Below are positions 51,890 through 64,000 of a DNA stretch of 64,000 nt, piece by piece; positions within the stretch are counted from its first letter, which is position 1, and the number at the start of each line of letters is the position of its first letter. The position numbers and the translations under genes were made by a program. Source of the stretch: Mytilus californianus (Eukaryota); assembly GCF_021869535.1 (NCBI RefSeq), contig NW_026262668.1, forward strand, positions 50,158,001-50,222,000, written 5' to 3'. Below the pieces are notes generated by a model that was not told where the DNA came from, did no database searches, and saw only the letters and a program-made list of their open reading frames with translations.

Positions 51890-54800
51890 ATTAATCCCTT
51901 TTGAACTCTGTGTCCCGACGGCCAAGTCAGAAAATACTTAAATAGCTCCCGACACATTCAAAGGGGGTTACGCATCTGATTATTAGAGTGAACTCCATTT
52001 CAGAGATACTTATTGCTATTATAATCATTTCCAATTATCTATGTCTATGTCTACGTAGTGTACTGTACATAAATGTCATTTTTGTTTATGTGGCCAGTGT
52101 GAGGAAAAAGGACCCCCCCTTTTTTCCCCAAATACATAAACAAAACAAAACCGTAATCGTATTTAAAGGATCCGGTAAGTCTTAGAAAACATTAACCGAA
52201 ATGATTAAAGGAATCAAGTGCAACAGACTCAAATATAAGTGAATATATCACATGCATGTTTGCGCGGTTTCTGCAAATTCAGTGAAAATCAGTTCAATGA
52301 AAATGTTCACAAACGTCATCAACATTTTGGTGATATGATGCATAAAAGAATAAAATTTGAATAACTTAACTTACCTCAAACTTGCTGTCACTCGTCTTGC
52401 ATCTATAAAGTAAATATTAATCGACCTTCGGCGTCTTTCAAATTTTCAAACCTTGCGGAAATGTTACAATTACTCTAAAAGAAACACGAATCCGGATACG
52501 GTCTGATATTCTGGGAAGTTCTCGTTTTTACATGTTTCGGTTCCAATTAAAATTAATGTTTACATTGTTTATAATAATGTACAGACGAGAAGCAAAATAC
52601 TTTTCTTTAAATACAAAATATTTATTGGCACAAAGTCATTAATTATAACAATGAATGGTTCCATTTAAAAGTCAGTCCTGTACAGTAGTATTGCATATAA
52701 TAATATTTAAACAGACATATATTTATAATGAAAAGTTTATAGGATATTTAGAAAAAATGTGAGTGGAAATAATTAGACCATATTACAATAATCACATGGG
52801 ATGTTTTAAATCTGAATTAGGATAAGAAAAAATTGACATGAAAAAATATCACGGCCTTTTCACTGGTTTCAACAACCAGTGAAAAGGCCGTGATATTTTT
52901 TATTAAGCATGAAAGGACAAATTATCACGGCCTTTTCACGGGATATTGAAAATTCACGGTCTTTTTCTAACATCATATATTTTTCACGGCCTTTAGAAAT
53001 ATTTTTTTTACAAAAGTCACGGGGTATTTTCACGGGGTTTTCACGGCCCTGTGATATTTCACAGACATTCACGGCCTTTTTATGGGCTGTTGTTACAGTA
53101 GTGTTTGTCTTATTGACAATCATACCACGTTTCTTTTTTTTTTTAATATGTAAACCTCACGTTATCTTTTAGTCATATACCACAGGCAAACATAAATATT
53201 TGAATTTGGCTTTTGACAATGAGCAAGATACCAAAACCATATGACATGCTATACATTTTGAGAAAGTCGATAGCGGAGCCGGTATGGAACCAACAAAAAT
53301 CCTGTAATTGACGAAAAAAGAAACATATAGAGACAGCAACTAACACCGATATAATTCACGATAGAAAGTTATTAAAAACTCATATCAAAGGCTATCATTT
53401 TGTTTCATCTACTTAAGAGTCATCAGTGACGCTTGAATAAAAAACATAAGTTTATTTAACACTGTTCTATTTTAATTTTATTAAGAATCAGAAAATAAAA
53501 ATAGTAAATGTTTGGTTTTCCTTGCGATCAAATAAGGATATTGTTTGAATAAAATATGTTATCAAGCAAACATCTTTGCAGAAATACAGAAATAATGCAT
53601 TGCCTAGTGTGTCTCTGAAAAGTTTTTTTTTTTTTGCCTATATGAAATTTCGATAGTTAAATGCAAATGTTGAAATTAAAATGATCCACTGTGCACGTTT
53701 CAAATTGACTGACTATCTGTACATGGCGGACATCTCGAATAAAGTACTACAAAGGAAAAGTAAGAACACTCAAAATCAAAAGATAACTTAATTATATAAT
53801 TTGAAGATGAGAAGGTATATTTTTACAACGGAAAGTACCAAGATCTAATATATAAATAATTAGTGTACACTTCACAAATAATACAAATAACACAAGATTG
53901 TCTTGAGTAAAAGATTCTAGGCACAGTATTTGTGTATCAATTATTTTGGCTGCTGGATCCCAATTTTTGTCACATTAACCAATTATGTCTGTTTGGGTTA
54001 CTCACCAAATATTATCAATATAACGGAAATATAAACAATTTTCATACAAGTGGGAGGTTAAGCTAGCTATAAAACAAGGTCTTATCCACTATTGTTTTCG
54101 GAAAATGTTTGTATCAAGTCAGGTATATGACAGCTGTTCTTCATTCGTTCCGTTGATTGATAAAGTCTGACATTTGATTTTTGTTAATGTTTTATCGACT
54201 TCTATGGAGCTAACTTTTTATTTTTTTTTTATAACACTCCTGATCAAAAATATAACCAATCCAGCATCATAAATCTGATATATAAGTAAATAATTTACCG
54301 TATCACAAACTTTAACATGTAAATTACGCAAACGCTTCAAAGACAATAAACCATGCCCCATTGGGTGAGTCCGACATGATCTCCTTGGAATAACATTTAT
54401 ACATGCTTTGAAACTCTTTAACCTATCATGGTTTACTTTTACAAATTGTGACTTAGATGGAGAATTGTCTCATTAGCGCTCATACCACATCTTCTTATAT
54501 CTATTGTAATAGTAATATATCAAGTATCAATCGCCATTTGTGGTTCACCTCAAACTGACCTTATCACATACTTTTAACATCATAGCACACGATAGTACCT
54601 TCTTATACTGGTGTTGACGTTGATATATGATATATGAATTGACGCGACGATAGATTGATGTTCAAATCTCTTGAATCGATTAGGAAGAGACAAATCAATG
54701 TAACAAACAGAAACTGGAGTAATCGTATGAACACCAAAAGGAGCGAGACTGGGTGCATCGACAAGGTAATGGCCTCCTGCTATTCATCATGCATCTACCG

Positions 54801-54899
54801 CAATGCGAGTTCACATTCAGTAAATATGTCACATTCTGGAATAGGACACTATCGGTAAAATTACAGATCAGACGACGTTACTTGTATCTAACGATCTGA

Positions 54900-55520
54900 G
54901 ATCGATAAAACATATCGTCAGTGGATTGAGACACCGATGCGTCGTACCGGTCAACAAATCGTGATGGTGACCGTAAATGTTATGCTTTGTCGATCTCATT
55001 AGTTCTTCCTTATAACTCTGTTTGAGCAGGGTTTTTTTTGTAAGTAGGACACCCCTGTTTATGAAATCTGTACAGTGTGAAGATGCACGAGTGTAACTTA
55101 CTAACTTGAATATTAAAACGCCATACGATTGGTCAGAGGATATGTTACTGATAAGAAATAGGATATCGTATCAACTGGGAGATATATTCTCCATATTCAT
55201 ACTCTGCTTGAATGTTGCTACATAGAAATGGAAAGTTCACAATAAGTTATAATATGAGGCAGCCATAAAGTTATATGTGACATCCTTAATTTTAAGTTCG
55301 ATGGGATAGATGCGTTCAACATAGATACCAAACTTTAAATCATTCAGTGGGAGGATATCATTTATCTAGCGGAATTTGAAATTAAAGGATTATGGTTTTT
55401 TTTTTCATTCTTCCTCAGGAAGTAAATAAATTGTGTGTTCCGAGATGGAAATTCCAAAATAAATCAGGAATTACTCTTTCCCAACGTGAATGGCAAATTT
55501 ATCAAACCTTCATCATAATG
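54900..55520 (-). mobile_element. Fragmented Penelope-like RT relics
   Basis: Patches similar to the 45.2-45.6 kb RT copy (e.g. TTGCTACATAGAAATGGAAA, TTCGATGGGATAGATGCGTTCAACATAG); a paralogous patch lies at 14030-14470. Confidence 0.55.
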
Positions 55521-56673
55521 AAATGCTTGTACGAGTTGCTTGACTGTTAGGGAATATCTGTTAAACAAATGACGACGGATATGTTCTGATTGACATAACC
55601 ACAAACCGTCATCTTTTTCTTGGAATTGACCTATTTAATTGTAAATAGTTAAATAACGCTATTGATATATAATTTATTATTGTTTTTATCATCATACAAC
55701 TTTCACCGATCCATTATGTTTCGAGGCATAGCTATGCAAATAGATGTAAGTATAAATAAAACGAGATATAGGATATGCGTCAATAATACAGCAATCTAAC
55801 TGCAACCATATTTAAAAGACACCTAAAGGGCAATATGCCAATGTCAACAATAGGCAAGTGTCTGTACATAATTCAAGGGAAGATTAAATCGTCTCTACGC
55901 CAAAAAAATAACATTCTTTAAGATATGACGTACGACTACCATTGATGCGGTTCCTGACTTAAGACAGGCACATATGAGTATAAAGTCATAGTATATGTAC
56001 ATTCTCCGCTGCTTGTGTTACTTGCTAATTTTAAGTTGAACATGCATTGTAAACAATGGTTTCAACGATGTAAAAAGAAAGTAAGGCAACAAATTCAACA
56101 CTCGGTTGCCAAAAAAAGTTTCCAAAAGGGAATGCATCTAATAACCCCCAACTGATTAATAACTATGATTACAGAATTTAAAGATTTAATTTTTGTTCTT
56201 TTCTATTGCAGTGTTTGGTGTATCAGCCGTTTAATACGTAGTTAACAAGACTGCATATAATTTATAAACCTTGAATATGCTTTATAGGGTAGCTAGTATG
56301 GTATAACAAGCCGTTCTTTAAGTAGGTAAATCAGACATCTGATCTATATGGAATACAAATCAGAAAAGATAGAATAATTCCTTACGAAAAGAAAATTTAT
56401 TTTACATGCATTTAAAGCTATTGTATGTCTAGCCAAAACCGGTACTGACATTCCAATACGATACACATATCCTGCTTTGAAAACTACAGCCATCATATTG
56501 CTCAGTGAATAAGCCGATAAAAGGTCAACCTTGATGAATATTAAAGCACATAGAAACAAGTGTCTACAACCAGAAAGAACACACGAATCCATGTGTGTCG
56601 ATTACATGAAATAAATATACATGGAAGTGAAAAAAAACAGAATAACTATTTGTATATTTATTGTTACAATTTG

Positions 56674-59600
56674 CTAGACTCGCCGTATCATCATGCGTGT
56701 TTTTTTCAATGAGTAGTTGTATCCTTTCCAGTCATACCAATTGACACCATCAGCATAGCTACTATGTGTTCCCATGAGATATCTCCCGTTCAGATTGGAG
56801 CGATGACAATTTGTATACCACCATCCTCCTTTAAACAACTCGGCACAGTTCTTGCTATACGTATCATTATCTCTGTCCCATGTAGAAAATTTATTTCCAT
56901 TATGTTTGCTTAATGAATCCCCTGTAAAAAATAGATATCTTACAAAAAAAATATATAATCTTATCTTGCCAACAGGTTTGAGAATAAAATGCTTCTTTTT
57001 CAAACTGTAGTAAATAAAACTGGATGTTAATGTTTCATGAAATTATATATTAATAATGTTCCCCGTGTTGTGCATATTTTATCTATCCAAGGTACAAGGG
57101 CAATAATTAAAATAACTCATTAAAAATATTTGACCAGCACTTATTTTCGAAAGTGTAAAAGACATTGCTAATATAAAATTTATGATCTAAGTTTCATAAA
57201 ATACTGGCAAATATTGTACACATGAGAGCGCTAACAATGCAATTTTTCATATAATTAATGTTTCCAACGGGCATAACTCTTTTAAAAATAATTGATTGGC
57301 ATTGATTTTCGAACTCGTCCAAGACATTGTTGATATAAACCAATGATATAATATTCATAAAAATCAGGCAAGAATTGTACAAATGAGAGCGCTAACGATG
57401 CAATTTTCCATACAAATAATGTTTCCAAGGGGCGTAATGTTTATAAAATAATTGATCGGCACTGATTTTCAAACTTGTTTAGGGCATTGCTGATATAAAC
57501 TATTGATGTAAGTTTCATAAAAATCTGGCAAGAATTGTACATGTGATGGCGCTAACAAGACCGGACGGACGCACCGACGGCCAGACGAACGAACAGACGG
57601 AAGGACGGACGCCCGGTATTTATATGTCCTCCGCAACGCGTTGCATAGGAGACAATAACAAGGAGACACATACTTAACTTTATCAAATATTTTACATAAA
57701 TTGCATTTTTTTCCAGACTGAATCTTATGTCAAAATTTATTATGGTTTCTGAGGAGTAGCAATAACATGCAAAAGTAAAATATTAGAACATGATCTTGAC
57801 CTTATTTTCATTTTAATGGACAAAGGACTTCATATTAATAAAAACTTAGCCTCTTTCATTCACGGGGCAGAGTTATAATTTACTTTCTTTTATGTGGAAT
57901 ACATAAGGGGAAATCACTTTCATGTGGAATCTATGGATGACTTCCGCCAAACTTGTTTTCGACATCCTGAAGATGTAACGAGCAATTTGTAAAAATGATT
58001 TTGTCTATATCTTTTACGGTTGGATGTTGCAGTGATAATAAGATAAACAGTGTCTTTTGAGATAAGTCTTACAGTAAAATTGTTCTGTTTAACATGATGG
58101 GTTTTAAAAATGAAATAACTGTTCGATATCATATACCAAATATCTAACCAACATCTCGCAGAGCCAAAATACTTCGCAAGGTATTAAAGTGGTGGAAGAA
58201 AAATAAGTATAATCAAAACAAAGCCTATAGGTCTTACCACTGAAAAATTGGGAAATGTTATGATAACAGTATTCAGAACGAACCCTTTAGGTATTTCCAC
58301 AAAAAGGTGGAAAGACCTAATAATCAGAACAAACCCTATCGGTCTTTCCACGAAAAGAGGAAAGACCTTATAATCAGAACAAATCCTAATAATTAGAACA
58401 AACCCTATAGGTCTTTCCACGAAAAGGTGGAAAGACCTAATAATCAGAACAAACCCTATCGGTCTTTCAACGAAAAGGGGAAAGACCTTATAGTCAGAAC
58501 AAATCCTATCGGTCTTTTCACGGAAAAGTGAAAAAAACCTAATAGTAAGAACAAACCTTATCGGTCTTTCAATAGAAAGGTAGAAAGACTTAATAATTTA
58601 ACAAACAATGTAACTGAAATGTTGGTCAAATGTAATTAAAAGGGAGGCGAAATTTACTTAAAAGGACATTCAAATTCATCAGAGGAAAAGAAACTGACAA
58701 CGCCATGGCAAAAAAAAGAAAAAGACCAAAAAGATAAACAACAGTATACAAAATACAACATAGAAAACTAAAGGCTGAGCAACACGAACCCCACCAAAAC
58801 CCGAGGGTGATCTCAGGTGCTCCGGAAGGGTTAAACAGATTCTACTCCACATCTGGCAATAAAATTAAATGAATAAATCAGGAAGGCGATTTTGCCACAG
58901 GGGTTATCAAATATATTTCTTTTGTACAGTTTCTGTTCAAAATGGTTAATTGTATGAATCCGATAATAAGAATACAATCACTTCAAAGAAAAGATGGTTA
59001 ATTGTATGAATCCGAAGATAGAAATACAAAGACTTCAAAGTTAAAAAAAATATATACTGTGATGCTAAGGAAAATGGCGGTTTTAAATGACGGCTTCGGA
59101 CGCATGAAATTTATAACGTGCTTTTTTTCATTTTTTAAAAGAAATGGTACTTTATAACAAATTGTTTGGTCAGATAAAACATAAAATAAACTTTAAACAT
59201 TAAAGCTATTTGTGCATTAAATACATGTACCTTGTTTATTTTCAAATATTATTGTTCAAAGATATCCTTACAAGGCAATTCGACAGTTTTTGTAGTTTTC
59301 CTTTAAAAGGAATATAATGGATTTTAATCAAGTTTTACTATTAAAGAGTCTTTTTATGGCTTGATTTTTGCTCAGCATTGAAGATCATGCTTTGACCTAT
59401 GCCTTTACGAGTGAATTACGTGTACGTCCTAGTTTTTTATTCTATGATAATTATTTGTCGCATTGACAATCATATAACATTTCCTTCTTTTTATATACAA
59501 TGGCAAAAAGATATATGGGGTCTTAAATTCTAGATTGATGACTTAACTGTCGACACTTCATTTGTATCGTCAAAAGAAATAAAGTAACTTCAGAACATAT

Positions 59601-62526
59601 AGACAGGGCACATGATCTCACTAAAAACCGGTAGTGACTTCACCTACGGCCTTCAACAGACAACCAAAAAGGACAACCACCTACAGGATTCTTGACAAGT
59701 CATTTAAACATTGGCCAGGTAACACTTATAAGTATAATGTCTTGTTGAAATATTTTACAGTATCACTGGTCTTGCCAAAATATCGGCTTCTTCTGATTTG
59801 TTTTCTAATCTTTCTAGTGTTTTATTATTCAATTCTTATAATTATGAATTATATTACCTGCATTTCCAGTGTATTTAGCTACCTCTAGCTTGTATCCTGA
59901 CTGTTCGTTTTTAACAACAAATGTATTATAGATGGCATATCGGCGGTTATAACTAAAGTCCCACATATCTATCCACAGTTTGTAATATCCCTGTTGAGTA
60001 AGTTTGCTCAAATACTCATTGCCTGTTCGAAAAATGTTGCTATGACTAAATGTTTTTGATATCTGCCAGTGTAACTGAGACTATTTATTTACTTCCTTAA
60101 TTGGTAATATTTCATCCATCTTAAATAACCATGAATGATATAGTCACTATGTATAATAACATCCTATTTTTATTGTATTTTAAGAAACCTTAAGGTGCTA
60201 AATGTGTCAATAACCACTCAATATTATTTAAGCATTGTTTAAATGAATAAATAATTACATATTGATATAATTTTTCTATGTCAATGCAAGCGAGAAGAAG
60301 ACAGATATATCCTTACCCAACCAGAAATCTCCTTTTACATTTCCAAAGCCTTCTTTATACGCCTCCCAGTCTCTGTAGAATCCAACATAACCATTTGTTC
60401 TTCGTTGAAATACCTGTGGAAGTATAAGCTTAACACTTCTCAATAATACTCAATATAGTCCACCGATAATATTTCAGAATTGAATGAAAATTTATTACGC
60501 TACATATCTTCTATCGGCCATGTGACAATTTTTATATCTTTTGTGCGTTGTTTTTGCAGTAGAATATGTTATAACTATTAAGAGTTCGAATTTGTAGTCT
60601 AAAATTGTTGCTATTTAAGTATTTGGGATGCTGTATCGGTGACATATCCTTTTACTCCTATTAAACGCCGACTACAGTGACGCTATTTTGTTACAACAAG
60701 AGTAATATTAAAGAGCCTGTGGATGAATTTGCGCAATTAATTTCATGTATGACAGGTCGTTTTGAAACTAAGACATTTTCACATATGTGATTTACCTTTC
60801 AAGATACATATCTTATGTCATTTTTCACTTTTTGCAGTATAGAAAACTAACAAGGGCTGTGTATGATGGGGCTTCAACGAATAAACAATCCATTTTTGTA
60901 AAACACAATTGAATTCTCTGTAAATTCAATTCTTTGCAAAATTTAATAAATCAATCTTTTTTTTTTTATCTTTATTCTATTGTTCTCTACTCTTCATAAA
61001 AGCACAAATGATTATGCTAAATCAATTAATGAAAAAAAAAACTTTCAAAAGTTGACAAGCTTTATTTAAAAAAAGCTACATGTCTAATATCACTGTACAA
61101 CGATTTATTATTTACATATTATAATTGTGTTCTTCTCATTGATGCGCATTTACGCTAATGAACCAACTATGACTGTATAATCTATGTAACTGGTGAATTA
61201 TCAAATCATGGATTTTGTTACCATAAATTTCTTAAAACTTATCCTAAATTCTTTCGAAGATTTAAAGATGTGGTTTGTATTTTGGTTTATGGATATTATT
61301 ATTTTGTCACTGAACAAGGTCATGCTTATCTCAAACTGTTTATGACATCTTTACTAAAATCCGTTGGATACGTACTGAGTGATAATTCAGTGTGGTAGAA
61401 CATGATTTTCTTATTATGGAACGACCATTTGTACCATTTTCCTGTACCAAGTCAAGAATATGACAGTTCTTTTCCATTCGTTTAATGTGTTTGAGCTTTT
61501 GATTTTGACATTTGTTAAGGGAATTTCCGTTTTGAATTTTCCTTGGTAGTTCGGTATTTTTGTTCATTTACTTTTGATTTCCTTGAGGGGAAATGAATTA
61601 TTTGGCCGGGTAAGAACTGAAAACAAATAATTGCACAAAAAAGGATGAAAATGAATATTCTGCAAAACAAAAAAGCAGGAAACAAATGTGTACAAAAGTG
61701 AAAATACATTTTCCCCCGGCCACGTCGAAGAAAACAATTTAGCATGCGTAGCATCAGATAAAAGAAATAAGCAATCCGGAAAAATCCTCCCTTCCCCTAG
61801 AATATCAAATTGTCTTCCTCTCACTTGTTATTGGCTTAGAACAAGCGTTCAGATGAGTGTAGCCATTTCCACATGAATTTTACAGTTCGTTTTTATGTTG
61901 TCATGTTACCGTAAAACCTATAATCACGTTGTCTTTTATCATCAATATTCATGATATCAATAGCTTTTCTATATATTTCCCCCTGTCCCATACTGCTATT
62001 TAGAATAAAAGGATCCATGCTGTCTGTAATCGTTTTATTCATGTAAGCTTTCAAGATTTACTTCAATCTTCAAATTGTTTATGTGTTTGTTGATTCTAAA
62101 CAGTATCCACAAGATGAAATTCTATAAAAGTAATATCATGGTTATTTTGGAGTAAATGCTGGGTTCGAAATTACTCTTCGCCACATAACAATCAATTTCA
62201 ATGATACACTACTAACATATGTTATATATAAATTAAGGAATTTCACTCAGTCAATACGTTATATATGGACCTGTTAGATTATATCAACACTCGCTTTTTG
62301 TCCTCGGTCAATATGAACTGAAAAGGTACATATATACCTTATTGCTCTCGTCAAAAGTCCATAATTGATAAATATATATCATACAAACCGTCCAACCTCC
62401 TCCGTAACTTTCCATATCACAAAAGACGTAAAAGCCGGAAGATCTATCAGGATAAATTTTTATAGACCCCACTTTTGTATCTTGACTCCTTCAAATCACC
62501 ACAATCAGAAAGTCGGGGACCCAAAT
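56674..62526 (-). CDS. Gene F (5'-partial): FReD paralog, exons E3-E6; +1 frameshift in E3 (pseudogene or sequencing error)
   Basis: E3 62389-62526 is 138 nt against 137 in paralogs, with an extra T in the run at 62457-62461. E4 60317-60413, E5 59858-60022 and E6 56674-56921 are open with canonical splice sites. E1 and E2 were not found before the window end. Confidence 0.8.
57190..57662 (+). mobile_element. Helentron/DINE-like (HINE) 3' end with ~160-bp internal tandem repeats
   Basis: TTCATAAAA..GGCAA recurs at 57193, 57354 and 57514 (period 160-161), followed by ACAAG, a (GACG)n microsatellite and the terminal hairpin CCGCAACGCGTTGC. Confidence 0.65.
58203..58600. repeat. Minisatellite of ~51-bp palindrome-containing units
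   Basis: About six full units plus partial ones of TAATCAGAACAAACCCTATCGGTCTTTCCACGAAAAGGTGGAAAGACC, each with an 11-bp hairpin stem. Confidence 0.85.
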
Positions 62527-62849
62527 CTAAATTAAAAATCATATAATGCAGATTATGATAAATAATGCTTTTTCTCTAAAATATTTCTTTCTTATATGTT
62601 AATATCAAAACGCTAAGTACATTGTAATTTCATTTCATCAGATCATGATGTGAAAAGGTTCAGTATGATCTGTTGAAAGACTTGGTGTCCGCCGTTAACG
62701 ACAATGAAAATAATCTTTGGTGTATCTATTTTTTAAAATGTGATCGATCATTCCATCTGCCTACCTTAATGGCTGCAAAAGTAGGGATGGAATGCGAGGG
62801 ATCGCTATAAACCATAAAAGATAGAAACCTGGCAAAAGTTAATGTCAAG

Positions 62850-63341
62850 TTCTACCAACTGCCTATGGTTACCAAAATTGAAAGACGACTCCTTATATTA
62901 GTTATAATAACCCTAAATAGATTATTTTCCCATTTGTGTTAGTTGTTTGCTTCATCTTTACAAAACAAAAGAAAGACAGACTCTGAAAAACAGTTTTTCT
63001 ACTAGTAGTCAAATGAGCGGTATCGTCAATCGACTCCATAAAGCAATTATTGTCCGTAAATGACATTGTGACGACGGTTTTCACCTATACAACGGGCAAA
63101 TGAATGAAATACACGATTTGTGTTCGCATTGCAAACACAGTCTTTGCACATAAACAAATTTACGTACGAAGTTTCAATGAAACGCAGAGCCTTTTTAGAC
63201 AAATTTATTTATAAAGATGACAAATTCATTTCAATCAATAGTCCGGATATGACAACGTTTACCAAGACTGCAGAAACATTCCAGTACTTGGAACAAGCAA
63301 ATTCAAATCCACAGAATGATAAAATGCTTTTTAAAAGGTAA
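62850..63341 (+). mobile_element. Degenerate Penelope-like RT fragment of a second clade
   Basis: ORF 63120-63341, LHINKFTYEVS..AFLDKFIYK..DMTTFTKTAETFQYL, resembles the KFT.E.S...FLD..YK...KPTETFQY thumb region of Penelope-like RTs (motif recalled, not searched). Confidence 0.6.
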
Positions 63342-64000
63342 AGTATACACCACAAAAGAATACAGAAGTTTAGATAAAGAAATGATCAAAATTATTCAAG
63401 CCTTTCAATTAAAACGCACATAAAGAGGATATATAAAGCAAACATACTAAATGATATTACTGGGCAGACAATAAATGCAAACAAAGTACATCTCTTAAAG
63501 GAAAATAATACGATATTAAAGAAACTATTTGTAAAGTAACAAAATGTAATCCTCATCTTAGAAAATAAAAGCCTATAGAAAGCAAAATGATGTACAAGAA
63601 TACAAACATATAAAAACTGTCAAACACTGAAAGAAAATTCTTAAACCGGTGTATAGACAACATAGAATGCTTTAAACAAACGTAAAGATGTTTTTTTTTT
63701 TAAATTAGGTCACCATTGTTGACGTCAGACAAATGGCGCACTCTCGGTAATTTCCAGATTATACCAGAACACGACAAAACAATAGCCGACTTTGCTAGGG
63801 CACGAGTATGTATATGATACGATACAAATAACTCAAGCCTTTAAAGAGGACATAAATCAAAAGAATCAAATGATATTATTGAGGATATAATACATACAAA
63901 CAAAGCACACCTGTTAAATAGAAAAGAAAAATATTTGTATTGTTTCCAACATCTAATCCTTATCCCAGGAAAATAAAAACGCAACAATGAATCATTAGAT

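Larger units (their letters stand above)
50212..53103. mobile_element. Non-autonomous CACTA (EnSpm)-type DNA transposon, 2.9 kb, in the 5'-UTR intron of gene E
   Basis: Termini CACTACTG...CAGTAGTG with imperfect longer TIRs. Dense subterminal CCGTGAA/TTCACGG motifs point inwards from both ends. The 3-bp TSD is GTT/TTT (one mismatch). The empty site GGAGAGTTGTCTC is visible in the paralogous position near 38835. No transposase ORF was recognised. Confidence 0.85.

Noticed and set aside
52869-53172. Two overlapping antisense ORFs
   Set aside because: Chance ORFs in the repetitive subterminal motif array of the CACTA element.
56674-57003. Single-exon 109-aa gene
   Set aside because: Only 56674-56921 is exon; the upstream part is intron read-through.
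58203-58600. CRISPR array
   Set aside because: The linkers between palindromes are near-identical rather than unique spacers, there are no cas genes, and the context is a eukaryotic intron.

Overview
AT-rich animal genomic DNA, most consistent with a mytilid bivalve (inferred from the gene family and the repeat families). The window holds a minus-strand tandem cluster of six paralogous secreted fibrinogen-related-domain (FReD/FREP, ficolin-like) immune lectin genes, here A-F from left to right, that I reconstructed by hand from GT/AG splice sites. The common structure is a putative non-coding exon E0, E1 signal peptide, E2 Cys-bracketed helix, and E3-E6 FReD. The cluster is a duplicated three-gene cassette (A-B-C and D-E-F). 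A and E are intact. B has lost E2-E5 but keeps an in-frame signal peptide plus ligand-binding P-subdomain exon. C has a CAG>CAT acceptor lesion, D is destroyed by insertions and a deletion, and F (5' end outside the window) has a +1 homopolymer frameshift. Introns and spacers are packed with Penelope-like RT relics, Meta-type SINEs, a 2.9-kb CACTA element, a 3.2-kb long-TIR element, a solo LTR, MITEs, Helentron/HINE-like pieces and degenerate minimal hammerhead-ribozyme motifs. Almost all ORF-track entries are either single exons read through into introns or spurious.
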